A stretch of 64,000 nucleotides of DNA from Nageia nagi (lineage: Eukaryota > Plantae > Pinophyta): contig JBITNC010000001.1 in assembly GCA_050084985.1 (NCBI GenBank), positions 179,738,001 through 179,802,000 of the forward strand, read 5' to 3'. Every line of letters begins with the position of its first letter. Within the stretch, counting starts at the first letter, position 1. Shown here piece after piece: positions 13,135 through 24,700 of this stretch. Below the pieces are notes generated by a model that was not told the origin of the DNA, did not search any database, and saw only the letters and a program-made list of their open reading frames with translations. The translations under genes and the position numbers were made by a program.

Positions 13135-16100
13135 AATTTCTATAGTTTTAAGCAAAGGTATATGAGGAGTCTATATCTCAAACCTTGAAAAGGAATACTC
13201 CTTGTCCGCTAACTATGGGAAAGACTTCACTTATCATGTAATAGTTGTGGAAATCTAAAATTTCATATGTTTATACCTACCTATGATTTTTTTATGCATT
13301 AATGATATTTTGTAGATAAGTTTTTTATTGAAAAACCTTAAATTTATTTTTATAATGGATATTTGAGAGTACAAAAACCCATATATATAGTATAGCTATA
13401 AATGTTTATAAAGATTGAATGTCATGTCTATAGGATATAAGTCATTTCAATTGGTCCTAATGGTATTATGATTCTTAGGTGATGACTTATATGGTCTTTA
13501 TCCTGAGAATAGACAAAGTTTTTCATAATTCTCTTTTCTAAAGTGTATCTTATAGATCAATAATGGTTTTCTCTTTATATGTGTGTGTGTGTGTGTGTAT
13601 GTGTGTGTGTGTGTTTGTTTTTACCAATATGTCTCTGTAATGGATGAGCATTCTATGCTATAGTTCTATGAAAGAAAAATTATAGTGCTATATGGAATTA
13701 ATGTGATATTTTTGAAATTAATCCTTGTAAATACTACTAATGTATCCTTCAATGTTGCATCAGTGTTTATGGCTCACCACCACTTTAGGGAAAAAAAATA
13801 AAACTATTTGGTTCCAAGATATCATTTATAAAACATGGGCACTCAAATTTATCCACATCTATTATTGATAAGTTGTCTCAATCTCTTTTATAATAATTCA
13901 ATGTCAAAGAGCCTCCATATCTCTGCGTTGAATTTGAAGATATTATGAAAATCATCTCACCATTTTCATTAATCATTAAACACTCAAGATATCATTAATG
14001 TTATAATAAAGTCACACAAATATGAAACCCAACATGCACATGAGCCATTAATGTGTAGATAAAATGAGTGTCTTGACAATCATGGATGTTTTTATAATTA
14101 TATTTAAATTTTTATTTTACATGAAGTTTAATGTTTTCACGCCATTAGTTAGTATATGAAAATAATGTTTTATTGGTATCATTATATTATTCATGGTGAT
14201 GAATTATATTTATCAATTTAATTTTAAATCAAAAAATTATTTGAAATATGGTGAATGGTTTGAATTTAATATTTAGAAGAAAGGTCAATGCTTATAAAAT
14301 TATTTATTAACAATTCTCCAAGGTTATATGAGGTGACTTATTGGAATGAGCTAGATATCGTTAATATAGTTATGAATTTTAGTTACCAAATCAAATTGCT
14401 ATTTGTAAAATATTTGAGCTTATTAATTTAAGGATATAATAATGTTTTATGAAATTATGGTTTATTCATATGATAATCTCTAAGATTAGATGATGTGACT
14501 TTAGTTATTGAGATTAGTTTAAAACATTGAATTACTCCATGATTGACAAAGAGAGGTAGTCTTTGATTAAGACTTAAATCCTCTCAAGATCAAGATGGAG
14601 TATTACTTTTCTACTCTTGGAATAGAATTGTATGATGTGATTTATATTATGATATAATACATCTAGGGTTATGATGAATATCATTAAATAAAAGAGTTTT
14701 CCTAATCCTCAACATACTCCAAACCCAATCCTAGTACTACAACCTACAAGTATTGGTTATGTTAGTTGTTCATATGGAGATGGAGATGACTAGCCTTGGA
14801 GACTCTAGTGTGCAAGAATGATTTGAATACCTCTTGCAATATAGTTAATAATAGTGATGAATTTGAATATAGGGTTATTTCCATTGTAAACTTAACAAAC
14901 ACTATATGTTATTTGTATGGAAACTCAAATGTTCACTAATGTATTGTATGTAGACCATTTTGATGTACTAAGTCATTTGTGTAAGATTAAAAATATTATT
15001 TTGGGGATTCATAAACTATCATTTGACTTATCTCATGAGCCAATTACTTATTATGGTTATTCTTGGCTTGATGTAATTATAAGACCTTCTATTGAAATAA
15101 ATGATATCATTCATTTATATTTTAAAGTCGATTCTTCTTAAACTTGAAGAAATAATGATAGAGTTAAAGAGAAAGGATTTTGATATAAGGGATAAAAGTG
15201 AAAAAAATATTAGAAATAATTTTGATATATTTATTTAAGGATAATAGTATACTTTGGGAATACTAATATTAAATTATATAATAACATATTATGAACCTAT
15301 AAGTCAATACATCTTGGTTGAATATATTTACAAACACATGAGGTGGTGAAAGAAACTTAAACCAAGATTGAATACTAAGTTAAATTTAAAGTTTAACTAA
15401 GGGTATAATTATATTTAAAAATGTTATAAACCTAGATATTAGGTTTAATATCATGAAAAAATGATATTGATAAAATAACCTTGGAATAAATGAAAAGGTT
15501 TGGCCAAGTATAATAATTGGATAAGCATACTAATTGATGACATAATAAACTAAAGTTATTGTTTGAAAACCTATCAGTTATCAAAAGGCTATGACTTTTG
15601 ATATCTAAAGGAAATAAAAAAACATTTTTTGTCATAATTATACTAAATGAAAAAGAGAATTGTAATAAAAAAATTCTCTAGGTGAGGATCACTCTATGCC
15701 ACACTCCCTTGCTAAGAGTAGTTGCTCTTAAAATATTCTCAAAACTTGTTAATATCTCTTGCAATATTGTACTTATAAATTATTATCCCTTTTGTCTTAT
15801 TGTGAATGTGGTATTATTGAATTCATATACTATTGAGTATATTCTATGCTATCTACTTGAGTACGCTTTATTTTGTATCTTCTCATGTACACTTAAAATG
15901 ATTAATACCATTGTTTAATTAATATGCTTAATTATTAGTATTTCAATTGATGCCTAATGAGATGTGGTTTATTTTTAATGCAATGATTAGATTGTAATAC
16001 ACCATATTTCTTGTATCATTAAAGTATATAAACTTAAAATACCAATAATTAGTTTGAAACCAATTATCTTTATGAACAATAGTGTGGGGGAACTTTTATC

Positions 16101-16805
16101 TTACAAATTTTGAATTAAAGTGACTAGACAAAATAAACCACTTGAGTATATTTTTTAATATCATTATATCCCTAATATATTAGCATAAGGATTTTAGATA
16201 ACATGGTGGGCCTAATCGATTGATATGGGTAGGCAAGTATTCGATACTCTTGATAGGTTGTCAGTTAGGGGTAGCAATCAATAAAACTATAGTTATTGGG
16301 TGAGGTTAAGTAGAGTCATACCTTCTATGGCTAAGAATTTAATAGTATGACAAATATTCCATAGAGGATAAAGCTATACTCATTTCATATGGAATATTAC
16401 TTAAGAAAATCTATTTGCTCCTATGATTCAAAGGGTTACACATTGGGTGAAGAAGTATAACCTTGTAGATGAGTGTTCCCTTGGGTGATATGGGACCTAA
16501 ATAGAAAACTAAAATGTTGTGACTAGATTTCTCATTGCATAGGTCATGAATGCAAATGATGGGGTCACCTATGTGGCCTATTATAATTGGATGAGCATTA
16601 ATAAGTGAATACCAAAATGTTTTGATTAGGATTGATTAATATAGATTTAACCAATCTTACCATGTGTGTGCTGACTAGCTAGTAGTATTGACATGCTCAT
16701 ATGGATCATTATCTATTCTTAAATCATTAAAGTATTCAAATTAAATTAAAAAAATAGGTCTTAATTTTAGGATTTTGGTAAAGTTAGGTTTAGGTGATGT
16801 ACTAC
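13135..16805 (+). repeat. 5' LTR of the Tekay-like element (first ~1.5 kb missing or displaced)
   Basis: Colinear with ~32265-35829 over 3.6 kb, roughly 80-90% identity by eye. Confidence 0.85.
13580..13614. repeat. (TG)n microsatellite
   Basis: t(gt)9 at (gt)7. Confidence 0.95.
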
Positions 16806-16807
16806 TT

Positions 16808-16819
16808 TGGTATTAGAGC
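16808..16819 (+). promoter_or_regulatory. tRNA-iMet PBS with one C>T change (TGGTATTAGAGC)
   Basis: 11/12 match to TGGTATCAGAGC immediately after the LTR end. Confidence 0.8.
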
Positions 16820-16889
16820 AAAATTTCAAACTCTCAGGCCTATGGTTCATGATTCTTTTATTGTAAGAGTTTAGGAAGTTGAAATGAGT

Positions 16890-19625
16890 ATGATTGAGCC
16901 TAATACAACACCATTTTTTGGACTCATATTATAGCACCCCCAAGATGTGTTACAAAAGCTTTAAGGAAATTGCCACAAGGGTTGATGCATGGTCTTCCTA
17001 TGAATATTACTGCCAATGTTAGAAATAATAGAGGAAAAGGCTAAAGGAAAGAATGCAAGAGCTAAAAATGTGATAAATGTTAGGGCAAAGAATAATCATG
17101 AAATTGAGAGTTTTGCTTATCATTCCACTTGGAACAACAATGGTGAGGAATCCATTAGGAGACTATAATAATAAGTTATAGAGAAATAAGAACTCATCAA
17201 TAATATGTTAAATCAATAAACAAGTCTTCCACAAGAGGAACCCATTCAAGAAAAAGCAACATCTACTGAGATAAATGATCAAATTCAAGAAAGAATTGAA
17301 TATAAGCTTACCTTGGATATCAAGAAAGATCAAATTATAAATTTTAACTAAAAGTAATAAGATGAATAGGCTAATATCTAGTTAGAATAAGAATAAATAT
17401 ACTTCTCCATAAAGAACCTATCTATTGATACCAAGACTATATGGGCTACTTATAATTTTCAAGACATTGCATTAGAATGGTCTCCCAAGACTATATGGTC
17501 TACTTATAATCATCAATTCTAGGTAGGGGATACCTATGTTTTATCAAATAAATCATCAATTCATAAATTATAGGTATGGTCTATCTCAAATGGTGGGAAT
17601 TTATTGCAACCTTTCATAAACAAATCATCCCATAACTATATTATAATAGGAAGTATGATGAATATTATACTTTATAGCAAGGATCCATGAGCATGCATAG
17701 TTACCACTAAAAATATTTTAGGTTACTTAAATATGTCCTTGAAGAAAAGAATCATATGAAGGTACTTATATTAATTTTTGGGATAGATCCCAAGATTAAG
17801 ATTATGGTAAATATGTTAAGCCCTAAGTTGCTTGAGGAAGCATATGATCTTGCAAAGAGAAAAGAAAGAAACTTAGGTATAAAGAAAACCTTTGTGAACT
17901 ACAATCTTCTGGATAAAATGGACAAGGAAATATTCTAAAAGAATAAATATGTAAGATTATTGAAATGGTACAAATAATAACAAGCCCAACAACTAAGTAA
18001 CAAGAAAATTAAAGATAACAACCATAATTATCTTAATGATAGAAATCCACCCAAGTTTGAGAAAAGGTCTAGTAAAAACAATAATAAAAAGAACTTCCAA
18101 AGGAAGAATCAATAATTTTAAAAGGAGAATCATGGTCAAGGGAATGGAATCCAAGGGTCTAGAACTAAAAGTTAAGGGTACTGTACTATAGATTAGTTAA
18201 GGGAATGGAATCAATATTTTATTAGATTGTGGTACTATAGATAGCTTCATTTCTAATTCTTTAGTTAGAGATATGGTTAAGACACTAGACATTTTGATAA
18301 ATGTATGGAAAGTTGAGTTTTGATTTAGAAAAATACCTTATTAAATAATGTTTTAGAGATATTGAGATAGAGTTACCTAAAGGAACTACTATTTGGGACT
18401 TGTATATAGTCTCGTTAGCCTCTTATGACATAATTTTCAACATGGATTGGTTAATGGATCATAAGGCCTTAATCAAATTTCTAAAAAGATGGTAGAGTAT
18501 ATAGATGATTCCTAAATAATATATAGGTTTCATAGTGATCAAGGGCCTTTCGAACCCTATTTGATCATAGACATGTAAATAAATAGGAACATAAGGAAGA
18601 GGGAGATGATATATGCAATTAAGGTTAAAGATGTGGAACAAAATGAGAAGGATATAGAGGTGTTAAATAAGTATCATTTGTTATAGGAATATCAAGATGT
18701 ATTCCTTGATGATCTACTAGGTTTTACTTCAAAATGAGAATTTGATTTCCCAATATATTTGGTACCTAGAATAGAGCCTATTTCTAAAACTCTATATAGG
18801 ATGAATACCATTAAAATGCAAAATTTAAAGGTGCAATTGTAGGATCTATTAGAAAAAGACTTGATTAAACCTAGTGTGTCTCCATGGGATATCTAGTGCT
18901 ATTTGTAAAGAATAAGGATGGTACATTAAGGTTGTGCATTGATTACATAGTGTTGAACAAATTCACTATCAAAAATAGGTATATCCTACCTAGAATTGAT
19001 GGTTTATTTGATCAACTTAAGGATGCTAATATCTTTTAAAATATAGACTTAAGTTCAAGATATCATCAATTAAGGATAAAGATTTCATATACTCATAAGA
19101 TAAATCTTAAAAGTAGGTACATGTATTATGTGTTTATGGTACTACCCTTTGAGTTTATCAATGTCCTTGCAACTTTCATAAATTTAATGAATATCATATA
19201 TCGAGAGTATCTTGATAAGTTTATGTTGGTATTTATTGATGATATTCTTATATGTTTGAGAAATAAGTAGGAGCATAACCATCATGATGTTGTGCTTAGA
19301 AGTATTAAGAATAAATCAATTACATGGAAAACTATCAAAATGTAAATTTATGTTTCAAAAATTCAATACTTAGGCCATATCAATTTTGCAAATGGTATTT
19401 CAATTGATCCTAAGAAAGTGGAAACAATAATGAGTTAGATTATGCTAATAAATATGACTGAAGTGTATATTTGTATAGGGTTAAATAGCTACTATAGAAG
19501 GTTTGTCAAATATTTTTCAAAAATAGCTAATCCCATAACTAGCCTTCATAAAAAGAATAAAGCCTTCAAGTGGATAGAAAAATATGAGAAAGCTATTTCT
19601 ATTTTGAAATAAAAGCTCACTACTA
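16890..19625 (+). pseudogene. Decayed gag-PR-RT of the Tekay-like element (5' part)
   Basis: PR LDCG, RT motifs ([23 protein letters not shown]); ends KLTT at the insertion site. Confidence 0.85.
19621..19625. repeat. Target-site duplication TACTA (left)
   Basis: Identical to 28868-28872. Confidence 0.97.
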
Positions 19626-19809
19626 TGTTGGACTTTGAGTGACACTGAGAGGGGGGGGGTGAATCAGTATATATAAAAGTAATCAATTTAATCTTCTTAA
19701 ATAACGATAGATTAAAAACCAGAGAAAACTAAGCAATCACACCAGTACATCACACAACACCAGATGTAACGAGGTTCACCAGATTGGCTACATCCCCGAA
19801 TATGACTGC

Positions 19810-20088
19810 TTGGACACCAATCCAAATCCAGCCATTAAAGAAAGCTTACAGAGTCACAGCACCAACTGTGAAGGGTAGCACCGACTACCACTCTGAGAAT
19901 GGCAGCACCAACTGCCTGGAGCACCAACTCCAGCTCTCAAACTCACAGCACCAACTGTGAAGGGTAGCACCAACTACCACTCTGAGAATAGCAGCACCAA
20001 CTGCCTGGAGCACCAACTCCAGCTCTCAAACTCACAGCACCAACTGTGAAGGGTAGCACCAACTACCACATATCAAGCACCCACTTGA
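19810..20088 (-). repeat. Array of 12 hairpins with constant loop (plus strand CACCAA) and variable stems; 89-bp higher-order period
   Basis: e.g. TCACAG-CACCAA-CTGTGA, GGTAG-CACCAA-CTACC, GGCAG-CACCAA-CTGCC, CTGGAG-CACCAA-CTCCAG. Confidence 0.9.
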
Positions 20089-20382
20089 GACATCATTCAA
20101 GATGAAAGAAAGAATACAGTTCTAGAAGACCCTCAATGGTCTAGCTCTAATGCTCACGGCATACACTTCGGATACTTCACTTTACACACAGCACTTGCTT
20201 CCACTCACTTCTCTGCTCATCACACTCATGCAATTACCTGCGTTTGCATACTTTACTTCACGCACTTCTCATCACACACTCCGCACACACTTTGCCTCTT
20301 TTCACCCTTTTTATCCCACACCTTTTACACCTAGAAACCAACTCTTATATCTGCATATCCCACTACTTGCTTCACTTATTCC

Positions 20383-20627
20383 TTTAGCTGTAAACTCTCA
20401 GCTACTACTCTCCTCGAGCTATGCACTCATAACTTCTTCTATCCTTGAGCTGTGCACTCATTACTTCTTCTCTCCTCAAGCTGTGCAATCTCAACTACTG
20501 CTTTTCTCAAGCTGTGCACTCATTACTTCTTTTCTCCTCGAGCTGTGCAATCATAACTTGCATTGTCCTCCAGCTGTGCAATCTCAGCTACTTCTCTCCT
20601 CGAGCTGTGCACTCATTACTTCTTGCC
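20383..20627. repeat. 31-bp tandem array (~8 units) in the 3' LTR
   Basis: Consensus tcctcgagctgtgcactcattacttcttctc; units start at 20411, 20442, 20473, 20504, 20535, 20566, 20597. Confidence 0.92.
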
Positions 20628-20848
20628 ATGTCCACACTGTTCACACTGCAACTCTCTGCTCCTTTTCTTACATCCATTTTTCACATTATTCCTGTACTTA
20701 ACCGTTACACATCAAGAACACTCCTAGAAACTGTTCCTGTCATTATACGTTATCAACAGAATCCTTGTTTGTAACTGACGAACGCCTTTATTTCTCAGAC
20801 AGAGTTGTTTTGACAAGTATACCTCTTTCTTCATGAATTTCAGCTAAT

Positions 20849-21511
20849 TCCGGATTCTTTTATTCTTCACTATGGTGTTTCTTACGATTCCGGACCCTTT
20901 GTCTTCTTCATGATAGCTTTTCTGATAATTCCGGACTCTTTTCCTCGCTTACCGGATGTTTGCTATATATATTGTGATGTCATCATTCCCTGGACTCCGG
21001 AAATAGAATAAAACGCTTTCCTCATGATGTCATCATTTCCGGACCTTCGCCTATGGTCATTTATCTCCGGACTTTGAATTCCTTTACCATGATGTCATCC
21101 TCTTCGGACACTTGTCTCCGGACTTTTGTCTCCGGACTTTTAAATCTCTCTTTACCGATCTCATTTCTGCATTCCGGAATGCTTTGTTCGCTGACTCCGG
21201 CTCTTTGATTATTCTTTGCTGACCTCATCGTCTCCGGAACCCGGTTCCATTCACAAATGTGAACATCGTTCTCCCCATGACATCATCTCTTGCTTTCGGA
21301 ATGTTTTACTCGTTGGCTCCGGCTCTTTGATCGCTCCTTGCTGACCTCATCACTTCCGGACTCCGGTTTTGAGTGAAAGCCCGAAATCGCTGACGTCATT
21401 TCTTCCGGAACTCGGTCAACCAATCACACTTCTCTTCCGGAACACAGTTAGACCTCCGGAACCCGACCAAACAGTCTCGCTTCACTTCCGGAACTTAGTT
21501 AATCCTCCGGA
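20849..21511. promoter_or_regulatory. U3 cluster of 16 TCCGGA palindromes interspersed with TGA(C/T)NTCA motifs
   Basis: Counted directly; occupies the sense-strand 5' third of the LTR; regulatory role inferred. Confidence 0.7.
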
Positions 21512-21573
21512 ACCCGATCCATATCTTGTTGACAACAATTACAATCACACTTCTCAATCACACATACTCAACA

Positions 21574-21763
21574 ATCTCCCCCTTTGGAATTGTTGGCAAC
21601 ACCATTAACACCACTTGATCAGATACAAAATGATCAGATACAAAATTCAGGACACTTCTCCCCCTTTGTCAACAATAACAAAGGGCATTGACAGACTCCC
21701 CCTGAGTCCATACACTACATTCTCAGGAAATAGAAAAGAAAAAATAAGTACTCCCCCTGAGAA
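21574..21763 (-). promoter_or_regulatory. Multiple PPT region: four AGGGGGAG octamers
   Basis: Plus-strand CTCCCCCT at 21576, 21658, 21696, 21751; the first is 2 nt from the LTR. Confidence 0.93.
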
Positions 21764-21781
21764 GGCGACGTTCCGAGCCAG

Positions 21782-24700
21782 CTAATGCTTGGGCAAGACA
21801 GCAACTCCTAGCTTGGTTCGTAGATATTCGAAGACGTCCTTGGACAAGGGCTTTGTAAAAATGTCGGCTACTTGCTCTGTGGTTGGGACAAAATCTAGCT
21901 GCACTTCTCCTTGCGCCACTTTTTCTTTGAGAAAGTGATATCTGATTGCAATATGCTTTGTGCGTGAGTGCATAACGGGATTTTTGGAAATATTGATTGC
22001 ACTTTTGTTATCACACTGAATTGTTATGGGCTCATTAATCTGTATACCAAAATCGTTGAGCATCTGCTTCATCCATAGAAGCTGTGTGCAGCAAGAAGTA
22101 GCTGCTATATACTCTGCTTCTGCTGTAGATAGGGATACAGAGTCTTGCTTTTTACTGTGCCAGCCAACAAGATTATTACCCAAATAAAATGCTCCTCCGC
22201 TGGTGCTCTTCCTATCATCCACGCATCCTGCCCAGTCTGCATCTGAAAAAGCAGTAAGTGTAAAGTTCTTTCCTCTGGGATACCATAAGCCATATTCTAC
22301 TGTTCCTTTGAGGTATCTGAAAATTCTCTTTACTGCAGTAACATGGGTCTCTTTGGGATTTTCTTGAAATCGAGCAACCATACACACAGCTTGAAGAATG
22401 TCTGGTCTAGTAGCTGTCAAATATAACAAACTTCCTATCATTGACCTGTACTGTGTTTGATCTACTGTTGGCGCTTTGTCATTCTTGCTTAATTTGCAGC
22501 CTGTTGTCATAGGAGTGCTCACAGGTTTACAGTCTTCCATAGTGAACTTCTTCAGCATCTCCTTAACATATTTGGTTTGAGAAATAAACATGCCATTCTT
22601 CAACTGATTGATTTGCAGACCAAGAAAGAATGCAAGCTCACCTATCATGGACATTTCAAATTCTGTTTGCATGTTGTCGGCAAGATGTTTACACAGCTCA
22701 TTCTTGCTTCCTCCAAAAATTATATCATCTACATAGACAACAACGATTAGCTGATTTCCTTTTTCTGATTTAATGTATAGATTGCTATCCACTCTCCCTT
22801 TTCTAAAGCCTTGCTGCTGAAGATATGCATCAAGTCTGGAGTACCATGCTCGGGGTGCCTGTTTCAAACCATACAGAGCCTTCTTTAGTTTGCATACCAG
22901 ATTAGGATCCTCTCCCAATTGGAAACCATCTGGCTGTTCAACATAGACTTCTTCTTCAATTTTGCCATTTAGAAAGGCTGATTTTACATCCATTTGATAC
23001 ACTGTGAAGTCTTTATACACTGCAAAGGCTAAAAACATGCGAATGGCTTCTAATCTGGCTACTGGTGCAAAGGTTTCTTCAAAGTCAATCCCTTCAACTT
23101 GAGCATATCCCTTGCAAACAAGTCTAGCTTTATTTCGAACCACTTTCCCTTCTTCATTCATCTTATTACGAAAGACCCACTTTGTGCCAATCACATTTTT
23201 GTTGGCTGGTCTGGGAACGAGTTCCCATGTTTCATTCTTTTCAATCTGAGTGAGTTCTTCCTCCATTGCTCTCATCCAGCTTTCATCTTGGCTGGCTTCT
23301 GAGACATTCTTGGGCTCTATGCTGGACAGGAGAGAGTAGGTGTGTGAGACCCCTCTGTGAGTTTGAATGCCTGTCTGAAACTCACCGATAATTTGTTCTT
23401 GTGGATGATCCTTGTGCCATCTCTTTGGTGGAGTTTTTGAATGTTCATCTTCTTCCGCCTCATTCTCTGAATCATTATCTGGGTTACTTGGTGGATTTGA
23501 GTCTTCTGGTTTCTTTCCTTGTGATTGCTGTACGGCAGGCTTAGATTTGTTTTTCTTCTGCTTATCTTCTTCAATTGGATCTTGATAATCAGGAAGATTT
23601 TCATCATCATTTCTCTTAGGAAGATTTCTTTGCTCATCAACACGAACATCAGCACTATCAACAATTGTTTTTGTCCTTTTATTGTAGCACCTGTACGCTT
23701 TGCTCTTCGAAGAATACCCAAGAAAGATACCTTCGTCTGATCTGTCCTCAAACTTTCCTAAATTTTCTTCTATTCTTTTGATGTAGCATTTACTGCCAAA
23801 GATCCTGAAATGCCTTACTGTAGCTCTTCTTCCAAACCATAATTCATATGGTGTTTTGTCCTCATGTGGTCGCATCATACATCTATTTTGAATATGTACT
23901 GCAGTATGCACTGCTTCTCTCCAAAACTTATCAGCGACCTTGCTTTCTATCAACATGGTTCGAGCCATTTCTTGTACAGCTCTATTTTTTCTTTCAGCTA
24001 CTCCATTTTGTTGTGGAGTTCTGGCTGCAGAGAATTGCCTTTTTATTCCATGTTGTATGCAAAACTCATTAAACTCATCAGAGGTGAACTCACCTCCCCT
24101 GTCTGAGCGAAGACACTTAATTTTCCTTTCCATTTGATTTTCTACTTGGTTTTTAAAAGCTTTGAACATTCCAAAAGCTTCAGATTTATGTTTCAAGAAT
24201 TGCACCCAAGTCATTCTTGAATAATCATCAATGAATAGAATAAAATACTTATCTCCATTGAAGCTTTGTGTTCTCATTGGTCCACATAAGTCGGTGTGAA
24301 TAATCTCCAATGGTTTGCTTGTGTGATACTCTTTTACTTTGAACTTTGTCCGTGTTTGTTTTCCCTTTTGGCATGAATCACAGATATCATTTACTGGTGT
24401 GCTGATACGGGGCATATCTCTTACCGCTCTTTTGGAGCAAACATTCATCAAGTTTTTAAAACAGATGTGTCCCAATCTCTTATGCCATAACCAATCATCA
24501 CTCTCTTTGCCTAATAGACATGATCCTTCTGATACATCTGATAAGGTGTATAGATTTCCGCTGGTTCTTGTACCGACTGCTATCAGTCTACCACTGTTTG
24601 CCCTTCGGATCTCACAACCATGGCTTTTGAAAATTACATCATGTCCTTTATCACATATTTGACTGACGCTTAACAAGTTGTGCCTCAGTCCCACAACAAA

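Larger units (their letters stand above)
19626..21573 (-). repeat. 3' LTR of the copia element (1948 bp)
   Basis: TGTTGGAC...ACTCAACA; direct repeat of 26921-28867. Confidence 0.98.

Noticed and set aside
19854-20088. CRISPR-like look of the repeated AGCACCAACT units
   Set aside because: The constant part is only ~10 bp, the intervening sequences are self-complementary arms that repeat every 89 bp rather than unique spacers, there are no cas genes, and the context is a plant LTR.
20150-20774. 183-aa and 109-aa plus-strand ORFs, duplicated at 27444-28068
   Set aside because: Antisense frames across the pyrimidine-rich 31-bp array. They are low-complexity L/S/H sequences, duplicated only because the LTR is.
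21369-21608. 79/83-aa ORFs with repeated FRN..PPEPD (also 28663-28914)
   Set aside because: Translation of the TCCGGAAC repeats; non-ATG start, and the frame runs off the LTR end.
21574-21781. Possible env-like gene expected for some Sireviruses
   Set aside because: Only ~210 bp lies between pol and the LTR, with no ORF.
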